Source: Camelus ferus (Eukaryota). Taken from it: 64,000 nt of DNA. Positions within the stretch are counted from its first letter, which is position 1, and each line of letters begins with the position of its first letter. The stretch is taken from assembly GCF_009834535.1 (NCBI RefSeq), contig NC_045697.1, positions 60,142,001 to 60,206,000 of the forward strand, read 5' to 3'. The notes beneath the pieces are model-generated. The model saw nothing but the letters and a program-made list of their open reading frames with translations, did not search any database and was not told the DNA's origin. The translations under genes and the position numbers were made by a program. Shown piece after piece: positions 25,480 through 38,239 of the stretch.

Positions 25480-27522
25480 CTTTAACCCAGGTCATTTTCA
25501 GCAAAATATCCTACGTATCCTTAGTCTCTTGCCTGAGGGTTTCCTTCATCTTATTCTTACAACTGAAACATGGCTCTCCTTTGAGAACACGGCTTCCAAT
25601 GCATCCCTCTCCAGGAATGCATATTTTCTTTCTCACACATCTTATTCCATTGGACCTCACTGTCATTCTAGATGCTGAGATCTAGAACATTCTCTCTCCT
25701 TCCCAAAATGTCCCAGGTTTGAGTCTCACATCATCAGACTATACCACCCATTACCTATTAGTATAAAGACTAATCATCTATTTTCATGTTGGTTGCCCCC
25801 TCTCATATCTTGCTCACTTTCCCTTTCTCTAATACTCTTTGTGCTATTTCTCAGCTTTTACTCAGCCCCTCAATCTTATGGTCACTCCCTCAACCAGCAA
25901 GTGTCCAATAGATTAGTCAAGAGCTAAATGTAGGTATTTACATTTAAGTGAATTAAAATAAGTTAGTCCCTTAATTGCATTAGTCACATATCAAAGGTGC
26001 AATAGCCACATTTGCTAGTGGTTATCGTGGTTATATGAACATTGTTATCATCACATACATCTTTATTGGACACAACTTCCTTTAACCGTCTTATGTCTAG
26101 TAACCATATCACCTCCGTACTTTCAAATTCAATTGTTCAACTCTCCAGTTACTAACTTGTTTCTATATTATTTCTTCCAGTGATCCGGCTTCTATGACAT
26201 AGAACTCATTGACCAAATCAAGTATTTCATTATAACATACATCATATTCCCATTTTCTTGACTCATCATTTTAATCACACCCTTGAAAGCACCATCAAAT
26301 CAAGTGTATGGTCAAACTCAGATGGCAAAACTTCAAAGACAGATGCAGACTTGATAGCAGGACTGGTGCAGCTGAACATGGTTGGCTGGCAAAATTCACG
26401 CTCAATGGCTTCACATTATAATCATGACTATTAACCTCAAGTAGGATCCTTTGAGCTGCCTGGGAAGTCTATTATATTTTCCAAATTCTTTCAGTCCACC
26501 ACTTCCTGAGATGACTATTTTATAACTTCTCTCCCCTGTCTTTTTCCTCTTTTCCTGTTAATATGAATGACTGTTCATGCTTCTAGTGTCACCCCTCTAC
26601 TAATGCACTATTTCCTTTCAATTAATCCAAAACATTGCTTCAGTCATTATCTCTTTCTCTCTACAATAGCAAATATCCCCATCAGTATACAAAACTTAAA
26701 AAAAAATTGTCATTCTGAAACAAATAAACACTAGCGACAAAGATTTTCCTAAATTCATTCCTCTATTCTCTTTTAAAACTGCACTCTTTGAAAATGTTAA
26801 CAACTCTTGTCTTCCAGTTCCTCCGTTTTCATTTATTCATGAATGCACTCAAGTCTGACTACTAGCCCACCATTTCTAGAAAGGGCTCTTCTCACACCTC
26901 AATACATCGATAAACACAATAGTCCATTTGTAATTCAAATGTTTCTTAGCCTAGTAACAGCTTTTGACACAGTTTATCAAGTGGAAGACCTGCATTATTT
27001 GGATTTTGGATCAAAATACTTTTCTGTTTATCTTCATATTTCATCATTTCTTCTTACTCTTCATTAATGGTTTCTCCTTATCTCCTAGTTATCTAAATGT
27101 TGTATTGTTCCAGCAGTCAGTTCTGAGAATACCTCTCTTCTTATTTTTTATTAGTTCCCCATTAGTTAACATACTGGTTGATGGCTTTAAATATCATATA
27201 TATGATGACAAACCCTATATTTTACAGCCTACTGGACACCTTTTGCATTAGTAATAGGCAACTCAAAACTTAGCATGCTAAACAGAACTGATCCTCCTCC
27301 CTTATCCTGCTTCTCATGTAGTCTTCTCCATTTTAGCCAGAATTAACTCTAGTTAATTGAGCAGCATTTTCCTAAACCTTATTATTTTCAATAACCACAT
27401 TTTATCTCCAAATCCTCAAATTCAAACATCCAACTCTCCACTTACTTATTTCTTTCTTCCTCTAATGACATGACTTTCATGCCATGTAACTCATTGGCCA
27501 ATAATAGGTGCTCAATAAATAC
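25480..27522 (+). mobile_element. Long degraded L2 (ORF2-derived region to 3' tail), interrupted by MER3
   Basis: Pyrimidine-rich L2 motifs 'aactgaaacatggctctcc', 'taacagcttttgacacagtttatca', 'atggctttaaatatcatatatatgatgaca'; tail 'ataataggtgctcaataaatac'. Confidence 0.75.
25901..26073 (-). mobile_element. MER3-like hAT-Charlie MITE
   Basis: Perfect 10-bp inverted repeats gtgtccaata (25901-25910) and tattggacac (26064-26073); internal 'caatagccacatttgctagtgg'. Confidence 0.8.
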
Positions 27523-28072
27523 TTTTTAAAAAAATAAGCAAATGTATAAAAAACATAAGCATAAATATTTGATAAAAAAAGCAGGAAGCTATAGAACATT
27601 TCAAATTGAACTTGAAGCATCATGGGGAATCCACATTCCTCAACTTTATCACTTGATTTCTTTCCCTTCAAAAAAAGAAAAGTTAGTTTCTGTATGCTCT
27701 GTAATCCTAAACTGTGTTCATTAAAAAAACCAAAATTTCCCCCAAAATATGATTGATGAGGAATGAATTTTCTTATAATATCATTGTGTTATTTTCTTCA
27801 CCCTCATGTTCTTATAAGATTACCTTTAGGTTTTGTTAAAAAATACTTTTTTTAATTAATAAGCACAATGAGGTACAGAAATTTGCTGAAAAGTTTTTCT
27901 TTTCTTTTAAACATTTTTACATGAATCCATAGATCAACGTATCTTAAGGATTTATTGAGCACTGTTTTTAAAGATGCTTTGACAGACAAGGATGACATAG
28001 AATGCCTGTTATGTAATATCTAGTTTATTTAGTACATTGATGTATGTTTTAAATTCAAGTGGTCACTTGCAT

Positions 28073-28362
28073 CCTCTCTCTGAGCTTCTATTTTGAATGC
28101 AAGGATGTGGCTCTGGAGGGTGTGAGCCACTTTTTCTGGGAATTGGCTGAGGAAAAGCTAGAGCACAATGAGAGTCTCTTGAAAATGCATAACCAGTGCA
28201 CAGCTGCACCCTCTTCCAGGCTGTGCATGCAGAAGCCTTCCCAAGACGAGTCGGGTAAAAGCCAAGATGCTATAGAAGCCGCCATGCTCACGGAGCAGAA
28301 CCTAAACCAGGCCCTTTTGGATCTGCATGCCCTGGGTCCGGTGTGCACAGACCCCCAGCTCT
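28073..28362 (+). pseudogene. FTL: Processed ferritin light chain pseudogene fragment (roughly codons 32-126 of FTL)
   Basis: [41 protein letters not shown]...[44 protein letters not shown] aligns with [43 protein letters not shown]...KP..DEWGKT.DAM.AA...[22 protein letters not shown]. It is continuous across FTL exon junctions. Many changes are CpG transitions. No ATG, C-terminus or poly(A). Confidence 0.95.
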
Positions 28363-29724
28363 CCAGTGCATTGATAATTTAATGAACCCAAACAGAAGGA
28401 ATATATAACTTCTGTTGTATATTCACATATATATGTTATTTGTTTAACTTCCAAGTAAAATTTGATTACTTTAGAATATGTACGCTATGTTCATGTTTTT
28501 GCTCTTTTAGAACACATAAGCTAAAATACTTATTTTGATTGTATCCCTCTCAGTTTTCAGCTATACAAATTCCAGGTCCCTGCCGCCACCCTCTCCAAAA
28601 AAAGCCCTCTTTGCTTTCTAGTGGCTTTATTTATTTATTTTGCTATTTTTTCAGTTAAAATTATGTGACTTAAATTATTTCAGAATGTCCCTGTGACTTT
28701 CATGGCTTTATTTCTTCTTAAAATTTTTAACTTAAGTTTTCCCCTCAAATCTCACTAGTGCTAAGAAATAGAAATCAACTTAAAAAAAGTCTTTATACCT
28801 AAACATGCACATCTATACATATATGCATATATAATTGTGCATATAATTATAAGCTCCACACATCAACATTGCATATGAGCATTTTGAACTCAGATAGTAG
28901 TGCATATTTTTTTTCAAGAAGGAATATCTATGCCGCATTGTTATGCTATTGATTGGAGAGTAATTTTTGTCATTTCATCAATATTTACTTAGATTCTTCA
29001 TGTATCCAGTTCTCAATTAATCCTTATATAAATTTACAACTAATTTTTATTCCTAAATGTTCTAAAGGATGTTCTAAAGGTTGTGGAAAATATTCGAAGA
29101 TGAGAAACTTCTGTTGTAATCTCTGTCTTCGAAGCAATGAGAAGAAAAAAAAGAAGAAACCAATATAGTAATCAGGATATGGAAAGTCTATTTAATAAAA
29201 TTGATAAGGACATCTTTGTATAGTAATAATTCTGTGACCCATTCTTTGCAAAAGAATCATTAACAATGTCTCTTCACTTTCCAGTATCCTTGCTTTCTAG
29301 ATTATTAATTATGGTTCATTCTTTCTCTTTCTGATCTTGCTAAAAACATTTTTTGGGCTAATAACTAGAAAAATAAATGGCTACAAACCTGACATCATAA
29401 TAGTTATAATTATAGTCAATTATTTTTAGCAAAATAATGAATATTAAGATATCTGAAACAAAGTGAAATGATTCAGTCATAAGTTATGTCATATTTTTAT
29501 GGAAATGCATATAGTTCCTACTCCTCCAATGGAACGTGTTTCATTATATGTGGAGTTACATATATATATGTATATATGTGTGTGTTATAATTTTTAAATT
29601 TCCATTTAGCATATTCTTCCAAGTTTACTATGGCAAACTCTTCCTGCTATTTACTTGTGATAATTGACAGTGAGATATATGGATGAATCAAAAATGGTGC
29701 AACTCTGAAATATCATTTGTACAG

Positions 29725-29925
29725 TATGGTTATTCTGAAACTAGGTCCTCAACCATCAGCAACAGCAACATATAAGTTCATTTTAGGAGCAAAGGCTAGC
29801 TCCACTTAACTTAGACTAACTGCGTCAGAGACTAGAAGTAGGATCCCACAATCTGTGAAAATCTGTATTTTAAAAACCCTTCCAGGCAGGTGATGCTGAG
29901 TCATCTAACATGTGAGAACTAATAC
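29725..29925 (+). mobile_element. MER5A-like hAT MITE
   Basis: 'ggtcctcaaccatcagcaacagcaacat...aactgcgtcagagactag...aatctgtattttaaaaacccttccagg...gtgagaact'. Confidence 0.7.
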
Positions 29926-30429
29926 TCTATACAACAAAGAAGAATCATTCCATTTGACTGGTTATAATTGCTTTCTGGTGTATATCCAATCCTGATTATC
30001 TACATAACATATCTTTTCATAAATATCATCACTCCAAAAGATTCCCTTTGTCGTCTTCTTAATTTCTACCTTCCACATGGAAGATCTCATCCACTCTGTT
30101 AGATTCAATTAATATCTTCTCCCCTGAGATAATTCTATCTCTTCTTTCTTCCTTTCCTCTTCCCTACAAATGGCACCAACATTTTCTACTTCATCAGGCC
30201 AAAAACCAGGTAGTGATTCTTGACTACTTCCCATTTTCTCTCATTTCTCTGTTGCCTGCATCCACTAAGGGAACAGTTATTAACTGTTTTCTACCTTTTA
30301 ACCATAGTATATTTCCTCATTTGTTTGGACATAGAATACACAGAAGGTATTAAAAAATGTCTAATCCCCACCACTATTACAATACAAAAACTACTAATAA
30401 AGGTAATGTGTACATAAAGTGAAAGGCAA

Positions 30430-30730
30430 AATTTTATTGTGAAATATAACTAAATTTAACAAAACACTGAATTCTCATGTATAGCACATTTCCATCATCC
30501 TTCTCTTTTGCCCCTTCCCAGTGCATCAACCACACTCCTAGAGGCTACTGCTGTTCTAATATTTTGTTTTTCACATTTCATTTGTATTCTTCCTTTTCCT
30601 ACTTCATACAACTAGAATCATACAGTATATACTCTGTTGTCATTGAGATGCATACCTGCTTTTGAAAATGGCAATAGTTTTTTCTTTTTGTCTCTAAAAA
30701 GTATTTCATTATATGAATGTACAATACTCT
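30430..30730 (-). mobile_element. Old L1ME 3' fragment
   Basis: 'ttttattgtgaaatataac...tagaatcatacagtatatactct...gtatttcattatatgaatgtacaata'. Confidence 0.65.
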
Positions 30731-30865
30731 CCGCCTTTATATCACAACCACAAACAACCCCTAACCTTCACCTTGGTTTAGTTTTTCCTCCTAATAGAAC
30801 ATGCTACTATGTTCTATTATTGCTTCATCTGAGTATTTTCATGCCCTGTAATACATTCTGAAAAC

Positions 30866-31100
30866 CAATATGATATAATGTGTAAGTGTATTCATCTGGA
30901 GTAAGAATATCTGAATTTGAACTCTGGTTCTCTAATTTAAGTAGCTCTGTGACCTTAGACAAGTAATATAAGCCGTCTGTGCCTCAAATTTCTTAATTTT
31001 AAGTACTTCTCTGAGTAGTTAATTGCCAAGGTTATAAAATTAAAACCATGTGAAACAATAATGTGACACATACATGTGGACTCAGAATGTTTGCTTTATT
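30866..31100 (+). mobile_element. MIR SINE
   Basis: Core 'tgaatttgaactctggttctct...agctctgtgaccttagacaagtaatataagccgtctgtgcctca'. Confidence 0.8.
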
Positions 31101-31399
31101 TTTTTTGTATTTAAAAAATATCCATTTGTCCACTTACCTGTCTACAACACTGTTCTCTAAACCTTCTGTGAGTAGTGACCATTGTTGTTACATAACTAGA
31201 ATATGGCAGGCACCAATGTGTTTATTCAAGGAATGAATGGATTAGATTCTTATCGAGTACCTCGCTGTAGAAATCATGGCAACTCAGCATGTGTTGCCTA
31301 TGTTCCACTATTGAGAAAATAATTTATCCTAACTTATTGTGATAGATACTGCAATTGTGCCTCAAGACTGAGTCTTCCATTCTATGCTGTAGTTAGAGA

Positions 31400-31890
31400 A
31401 CTCCCTGAATTTTTGACGTAGCATACATTATTACACATCTGACATTGTTTCCTAACTTAGCTCAGCAGTGAAGGCTTTGCTGGGATGATTACCAAAAGTA
31501 TTGAATAGAATTGGGAATTACAGCTTCTGTCTGTCTGCTGTACAAGGTGGTTACTTGATCTCCACTTCTGCTTTTCTGATTTTGTGGGCCAGAATACCTA
31601 TGGGGGGCCCTTATGAACCATTTTAATCATGCAGATGAGGTCAATACCTTAGGGGAGGATGGAGCAACAGGAGAGAAGAGAAGAGGTCCTCTGGATGACC
31701 ACTTAGAACAGGTTTTTCTGGACAATTTGTACTGTTTCCATACCTCTGGAGTGTTGGGGGTGGTGGGGAGAGACAGCAAGATAGGGAGAAAAAGAAAAAG
31801 GGAGAAAGAGGAGAAAGGTGTATCTTTGTTGAGCCATTGCAATATTTTTGATTCATTTTTAGAATAACTCAGCTTGTACCTTAAATAGTG
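31400..31890 (+). mobile_element. LTR33-like ERVL LTR (degraded)
   Basis: 'ccattttaatcatgcagatgaggtcaataccttaggggaggatggagcaacag...ggtcctctggatgacc' and 'tatctttgttgagccattg'. Confidence 0.55.
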
Positions 31891-32439
31891 TACTAGTTCA
31901 AGAAGAAAAGAAGGCACATGTCCAGAAGAATCACAAAGAACTCATAATAACTACACTACAGATTCAGTTATCATGATTGACTTTGAGAGTGATGCTGCAG
32001 AATTGGGCTACCAGAGAATTACTGCCTTTTCTACAATCAGAAAATTACCTGTGGCATTGAATACTTGCTAGTACAACCACTGATTTCAGATCCATGAGCA
32101 GGTTTTATAATCAGAAACATTCATGACCAGGAAACTCTTACTATTAAGAATTTGACGATGAAAAATCAGACATGTTCACATTGGACTTGCTGGCAGAAAC
32201 TGAGTAATTAGCAGAGTGTAGCCTCTGCCTCACTCTGCCCTCTAAATCCTACTGGAATGTCCCTGTTGGTGAACACTTATTTATCCATAACTGTTGCTGC
32301 AAAGGTGTCTGTGGAATCTTGTATTTATCTTTCCAGCCTCTGCAATGCAGTAAGTCCTTTGATACTCATAGGAATTTGGAAGGAATGTTAACCACCAAGA
32401 AACTCAACTCCTTGTTTAGGATGTGACAATTTTACAACT

Positions 32440-32678
32440 TTTATTTATTTAGTTTATTTACAATATTATGTTAGTGTCATGCATAATATATTGATTCAAT
32501 GTTTTTATAGATTATACTCCACTTAAAGTTATTATAAAATAATGGCTTTATTTATCTGTGCTGTACAATATATCCTTGTTGTTTATCTATTTTATTTGTA
32601 GTAATTTGTATCCTCTAATCTCATACTCCTGTCCCTCCTGCCTTCCTTCTCCCCACTGGTAACCACTAGTTTGTTCTG
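32440..32678 (-). mobile_element. L1 3' end abutting or inserted in an MLT2 LTR
   Basis: 'gtttatttacaatattatgttagt...gattatactccacttaaagttattataaaataatggc...ccactggtaaccactagtttgttc'. Confidence 0.85.
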
Positions 32679-33175
32679 TGAGAAAGTTTTTAGATGAGAT
32701 TAAAATTTAAATGGCTAAGCAGCTTGCTCTTTGTAATGTGGATGGGTCTCATCCCATCAGTCAAGCCCAGAATAGAACACAAAGGCTAAATAAGAGGGAA
32801 CTCCTTCTGTCTACCGTTGTGCCTTCAAACTGAGACTTTGATTTTTTTTTTCCCTACCTTTGGACATAAACTGAAACATGGGTACTTCCTGGGTCTCAAG
32901 ATTGCCAGTCTTCAGACTGGAACTACACCTTTGGCTCTCCTGGGTCTCTAATTTGCCAATGCATTCTGCAGATCTTGGGACTTGCCAGCCTTCAGAATCA
33001 CATAAGCCAATTTATTTCAATAAGTTTCTCTCTCTCTTTTTCCATCTCTCTGTCTTTTTCTCCCTCTCTCCTTCCCTCTGTCTCCTTCTGTCTGTCTGTC
33101 TGTCTCTCCCTGTAATAATGTATGTATGTATGTATGTATCCTGCTGGTTCTGTCTCTCTGGAGAACCCTGATACC
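32679..33175 (+). mobile_element. MLT2 (B/D-like) ERVL LTR with internal CT-rich and (TATG)n tracts
   Basis: 'ttagatgagattaaaattta', 'aatgtggatgggtctcatcccatcagt', 'gcagatcttgggacttgccagccttc'; terminus 'ggttctgtctctctggagaaccctga'. Confidence 0.9.
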
Positions 33176-34629
33176 CCACTGTCTACCCTATCCTCATTTG
33201 ACCATTTGAGAAATGTTTTAGAATTGAAATTTACCCCCTTCATAATTTTATTAGATATACTATCTATATGTATTTCTATGTATATGTGTATGTATTTACT
33301 TATTTATTTTAGTGGTTGCTATAAGGTTCACAATATAAATTTGGTACATTCTATGCCTGATACTAAAACTTTTAGATTCTTTTTAATTTAATCTGGTCAT
33401 TCATCCTTTAAGGAGCTGAGACTTTGTCATTCCTGGTACCATACAACATATAAGGTCATTATACACAATTGAATAAGTATCTCCTTCATCAACCGAAAGA
33501 TCATTATTATGATAATTTCTCAAATGTAAGCAAATCATTTGACATTTTGAGTATTCTGCCTCTACTATGGTCCTCATGTCTACCTACACGTATACTTGAT
33601 TACATCACCACTGCTCTAGTTTAAACTAATTCTGACCTGGACGTTTGTACTATTGCAACTTTTTAAATGTGCTTAACAACATTAAGAGTGTCATAATTTC
33701 AATAAAAAAATTAACTGTAATGGGCTCTTCACATTACTTAAAAATTTTTTATTCTTAAAGCAAAGAAAGATTTATCAGAGATACCTGACATTTCAAAAGA
33801 CATTTCAAAATACATTACATGGACTTTGAAACAGTTTATAATAATAATACCATCATTTATACTAGAACTACTCAAACTGGAGTAGTACACACTCCACACG
33901 CAAACACACACACACAATTTTTTACTATACCCAAATTAATTTTTATTAAATTATCTCCTTTTAATGTGAGAAGTCTCTGATAATTTGTGTTTCTGTTTAT
34001 TAGTAACTGCACACAGAAACTCTAAGTGAACTCTATTTCATGCTTTTATATATCAGTTTTCACTGACATCAATCCTATTATGTTCTTTAATATGCTTTGT
34101 AGTCACATTTAGTAAAAAGAAATGGCAGAACCATGTAATCATGAGATTCCTGAATTAAGCAGAAGACTCTATCATACTGTTGTATTTTATCTGCTCTGGG
34201 TACAACTCCTTCACAAGAGTGCTTTACTTCTCTGTGTCAACCACATGACCTTGCAACTCTTTGTCTAGAATTTCCTCTTCTAAAGTCAGCCAATACAAAA
34301 TTGTCAGCAAAATTGTCAGCATTCCAGTTTCAGGGCTGATTATGTCATCCTCCTACTCTGTCTAAAACAGCCTATGACACATTTTTTGCCTGCAGAATCA
34401 AACTCTGCATTCTGGTTCTGATGTTGAAGAATGTGCACAGTCTTGCCCCTGACTTCTCTGTGCAGTATATTTTCCATTATGAGAACCCTTTTTTCCCTAT
34501 GCTGTATTCACAGTAAGCTCCCACCTTAAGTGTCTTTCCCTGGATCATTTCCTTTGTTTACTTTTTCCCTCTGGCTGGAATATCACTCAGTGTTCTCTAA
34601 ATGTTGAAAACGCATCCTGTCTCCTTTCT

Positions 34630-35247
34630 AATGAGGTGGTAACCTGGTCTGGAATTTTGATTATAAAAAAAAAAATAATTTTTAGCAAAAAAAAGTTAAA
34701 AATTTCAAAAATTGGAGAGTGGGAGGTCAGACGGTGAAAAAGAACAATTTTATAATTTTATGCAACTAAAAAGTACAGAAGAGATCTTTTTATTAGCAGT
34801 ATCTGCCTCCAGATACTCAAACAGCATTAGCAGATCAAACCTCTTTGTCCCAATGTCTTTGTTCTACTTATTTTTTCCCCTGAATTGGTTTTCCTCTCAG
34901 AGGAGCTCTGTGCATGTACTGGATCTTGGAGGTTGCAGGCTAATAGTCTCATCAGTGAAAGGGTAATTGTGTTTTCAGAAGCCAGAATTGGATCTCATTG
35001 GTTTGACTTGGGCCATGTGCTTCTCTTAAAACAATGAAGGTGCCCAAGAAAATATACACTGGTTATTGAATTGGCCTTGGCATGGGTTTATTCTTGGAGC
35101 CAGAAAGTGGGAAGGGGAAAGGGACAGTGAATCCTCCTAAAACCAAATGAGCTGAAAGTGGATTTGGGATGATTCCTCAAGAGAATCAGTGCTATTACTG
35201 AAAGGGAGGACAGACACTGAAACAGGCAAAAGGCAGATTCCATTACA
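34630..35247 (-). mobile_element. MLT1K/L-like MaLR LTR
   Basis: 'tctcattggtttgacttgggccatgtgc', 'gatgattcctcaagagaatcagtgctattactgaaaggg'; end 'ggcagattccattaca'. Confidence 0.65.
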
Positions 35248-37074
35248 AATGATTTTTTGTATCACTCAGGGGAAATAACTTATTTACATCCCTTAGGACT
35301 GTATTCACTCAGGTAATGCATCCCAACTACTGCTGTTATGGTATGTAATACATTTTTATCCTTTCTCCTAGGATGAAAATTCCTTTTGGACTTACGGCTT
35401 TAATTGTTCACAGAATTATTGTAATATTTTATTCAAGCACTCAGTACATATTTAGTTCTTGCATAGTGTTTTATTACTCTAATACTTTTTGTTCATTAAT
35501 ATTGAAGAATCTTAACTGCTAATTATTGCATAATGTATTCATAATTCTAGTGTAAAGATGGGGTACAGTAGCCTATTGACCTTCATATATTTTGTGCTGT
35601 GAAGCCTAAAGAATCCTTGACTTTCTTCCTTTCCAGAAAAAGGTAGTTATTTCCAAACTTTATGAAAGAGTCAGCAGTAATTGTAGGTTGAAAGGATGAG
35701 GGGAGAGTTACTAACTTTACCATGAATTGTATGCATTTCATGAAGGTTTTATTCAAGAGCTAGGGAAAAATATAGGGACTCGTGAAAATATAGTGACTAA
35801 TGTGAGAACATAAGGCTAAAATGGTAGCTGGTGTGAGATACAGTGGAAACAGAAGTTGTATTTGAAATCAAAAAGTTTAAGTCTCTTTCTAATTATAAAT
35901 AATGCAATGAAGAAGGTAAATAATTTAAGTTTTAACCATGAGGTTGTTGTACATTTTTATTTGGAGCTTCTGTCCTATCCTGATGTATCTGAAAATATGC
36001 TCTCTAATGTAATGTCCCATAGCATTAAAAATAGAGTTAAAATGTGGATGCAGAATAGAGATGAAACTCTTTCGTCTCATTCAGGAGATCACTGCAAAGC
36101 CAGGATACCGTGCTCTCCATCAGAAGGATAAAAGGTGAGCTCCTCCTGTGGACAGTCAAGCCTCCAGCTCCGAATAACTGAAAGAAACCCTCCCTCACTA
36201 CGGGCTATTAGGAGTAGTTCTCCGTAGGAAGCTTTAGAAGGGCACCGTTCAGCCAGGCTTTGGAACAGCTTTATGCATTGTTAAAGAAACATAGGTATTA
36301 AAAGATTAAGCTGGTGTTGAAAAAAGCAAATTAAATGTCTTCCAAGGAAAGTTTGAGATTACAAGGATCCTGTTCCCTCCATGTATACTATTTTCAGAGA
36401 CGTTTTCTCTCGCCTATTGCACTGAGCATTTTATACATAGGCTGTACTTGTTTTATATGATGGCTGTACTTGGACATAAATGCTGAAATGTTTTCCCTCT
36501 TCATGTTTGGTGTAGAATGTTCTAGCATTCTATGCTGTGAACAACCTATTGGTTGATGAAATAAGTCAATAAAACATCAAGACACTATCAAGCAATGTTA
36601 TCTGAGAAGTTAAAATTGTGCTAGGCTAATTTTTACGTTCATATAAAAAAAAAGACTATGTTAAACACCTTAATGATCTGAGTAAAATAAAGAATATGAC
36701 ATGTGGTAAGAATGAATTTATTCTACACACTGACAAACACTCTGTAAATAATTCTATTATAAACTGGCCCTGATTACCTCCCCAGTCTTTTATCATTCCC
36801 TACTTGTAGTGTGTGATATGGTCCCAGTATACTTTTTTAAGATCCTTGAATGAATTAGGTTTTTAATTTAAGAATAAACCTTTGACCCTTTTCAGTTGTT
36901 TCCTTTGCCTTTCCTTCATCTGGCTACATTAAAATCATACTTTAGGTCTCTGAACATTTCTTCCAGAAACCCTTTCCTCCTTTTGCCCAACCCTATATAA
37001 AGAATTTCTTCTCTTTATTCCTCCTGCTTTTTTGGTTCCGTACACTTCCTCTGTCATCACCATTGATATTATTT

Positions 37075-37660
37075 TTATTCACTCATTCTACACATAATTA
37101 TGTACTGTTTGTGTCTTGTGAGGACTATTGAAATATATATTCTCTGTTCTTATCTCAGAGATTACTTTTAGGGTAAAATATTGACATTAAGTACATAAAA
37201 TAAATAAACAAGTTAGACTGTGCCGAAGGCACTAATTACAGTTATTACATAAGGGAATAACTATGACTCTTTTAAAAGCAGTAATTACAATTATTGGTTA
37301 TTACTCTTGGAGGGGAAAAAAAAAACAGAGTAATGAGAGCAATAACAATTGGTATAATTTAGTTTGGGTGGCCAAGGAAATATTTCCAAAGAGCTAAAAT
37401 CTTAATGGGAATGAAGACCCAGCTGAGAATGTGAAAGAAATACAAGGAATAGCAAATGACAACATGTAAAAATCCTAAGTTAAAAACAATATTGTTATAG
37501 AGATAGAAGGGACTAGAAAGAGAATAGTTTGTATTAGTGTAATGAGCAAAAAGGACAATAGTAGGAGATAAGGTCAAAGAGATGAGGATGGGTCAGAAAA
37601 TATAAAGCCTTAGGATCATAGTTAAGGGTTTATATTTTATTTTAATTCCAGTGAAAAATT
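37075..37660 (-). mobile_element. L2 fragment
   Basis: Reversed tail 'attcactcattctacacataattatg'; 'gtaggagataaggtcaaagagatgagg...tagttaagggtttatattttattt'. Confidence 0.6.
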
Positions 37661-37699
37661 CATCTCCATCCAGAGAGATGAAACAAATTATATAGAGAC

Positions 37700-38215
37700 A
37701 GTCAACTGTTTCTTAGTATCTTTTCCTTCCCTCTCAGTTTCTCACTACGTCTATCTTTCTCTTTCTTTCTCTTCCTTGCACAGAACAACCTCGATGTTTT
37801 CTTTGGATGCAATGATCACTCAAATTCCCCAGTCTCCCTTAGAGCTAGCTTTGGACATGGAAACTTGCTCCAGTGACTTGTAAGCAAAAGTGATGTGTGA
37901 AATTTCCAGATGATCTTCTCAAAGTTCAAGCTCTTCACTCTAAGCTTCTTTTCCCCTTCCCATGGGCCAGACTAGTATGTGGAGACAAGCTCATTTAACC
38001 ACGCAGATCAGAAAAACACCATGGTAAAAAAGCAGAACAACAAACGATAGAAACTGGATCTTTGAATGTCTTTCAGTTGCAGGGTTTCTCTGCCTGCACT
38101 ATGTCAATGAGCTTTAAATTCCATTTTATTTAAAACACTGTATTTTCTTTCCTTCTTTTTCTTTTTTTTTTTTTTTTCATTTTTGCTTTGATTTGTTTTT
38201 GTTACAGTAGCTCAA
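37700..38215 (+). mobile_element. LTR33-like ERVL LTR
   Basis: 'ttccccagtctcccttagagctag...tgtaagcaaaagtgatgtgtgaaatttccag...atttaaccacgcagatcag...ttatttaaaacactgtatttt...tgttacagtagc'. Confidence 0.65.
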
Positions 38216-38239
38216 AGTAATTTATTTTTTTTGGTCACT

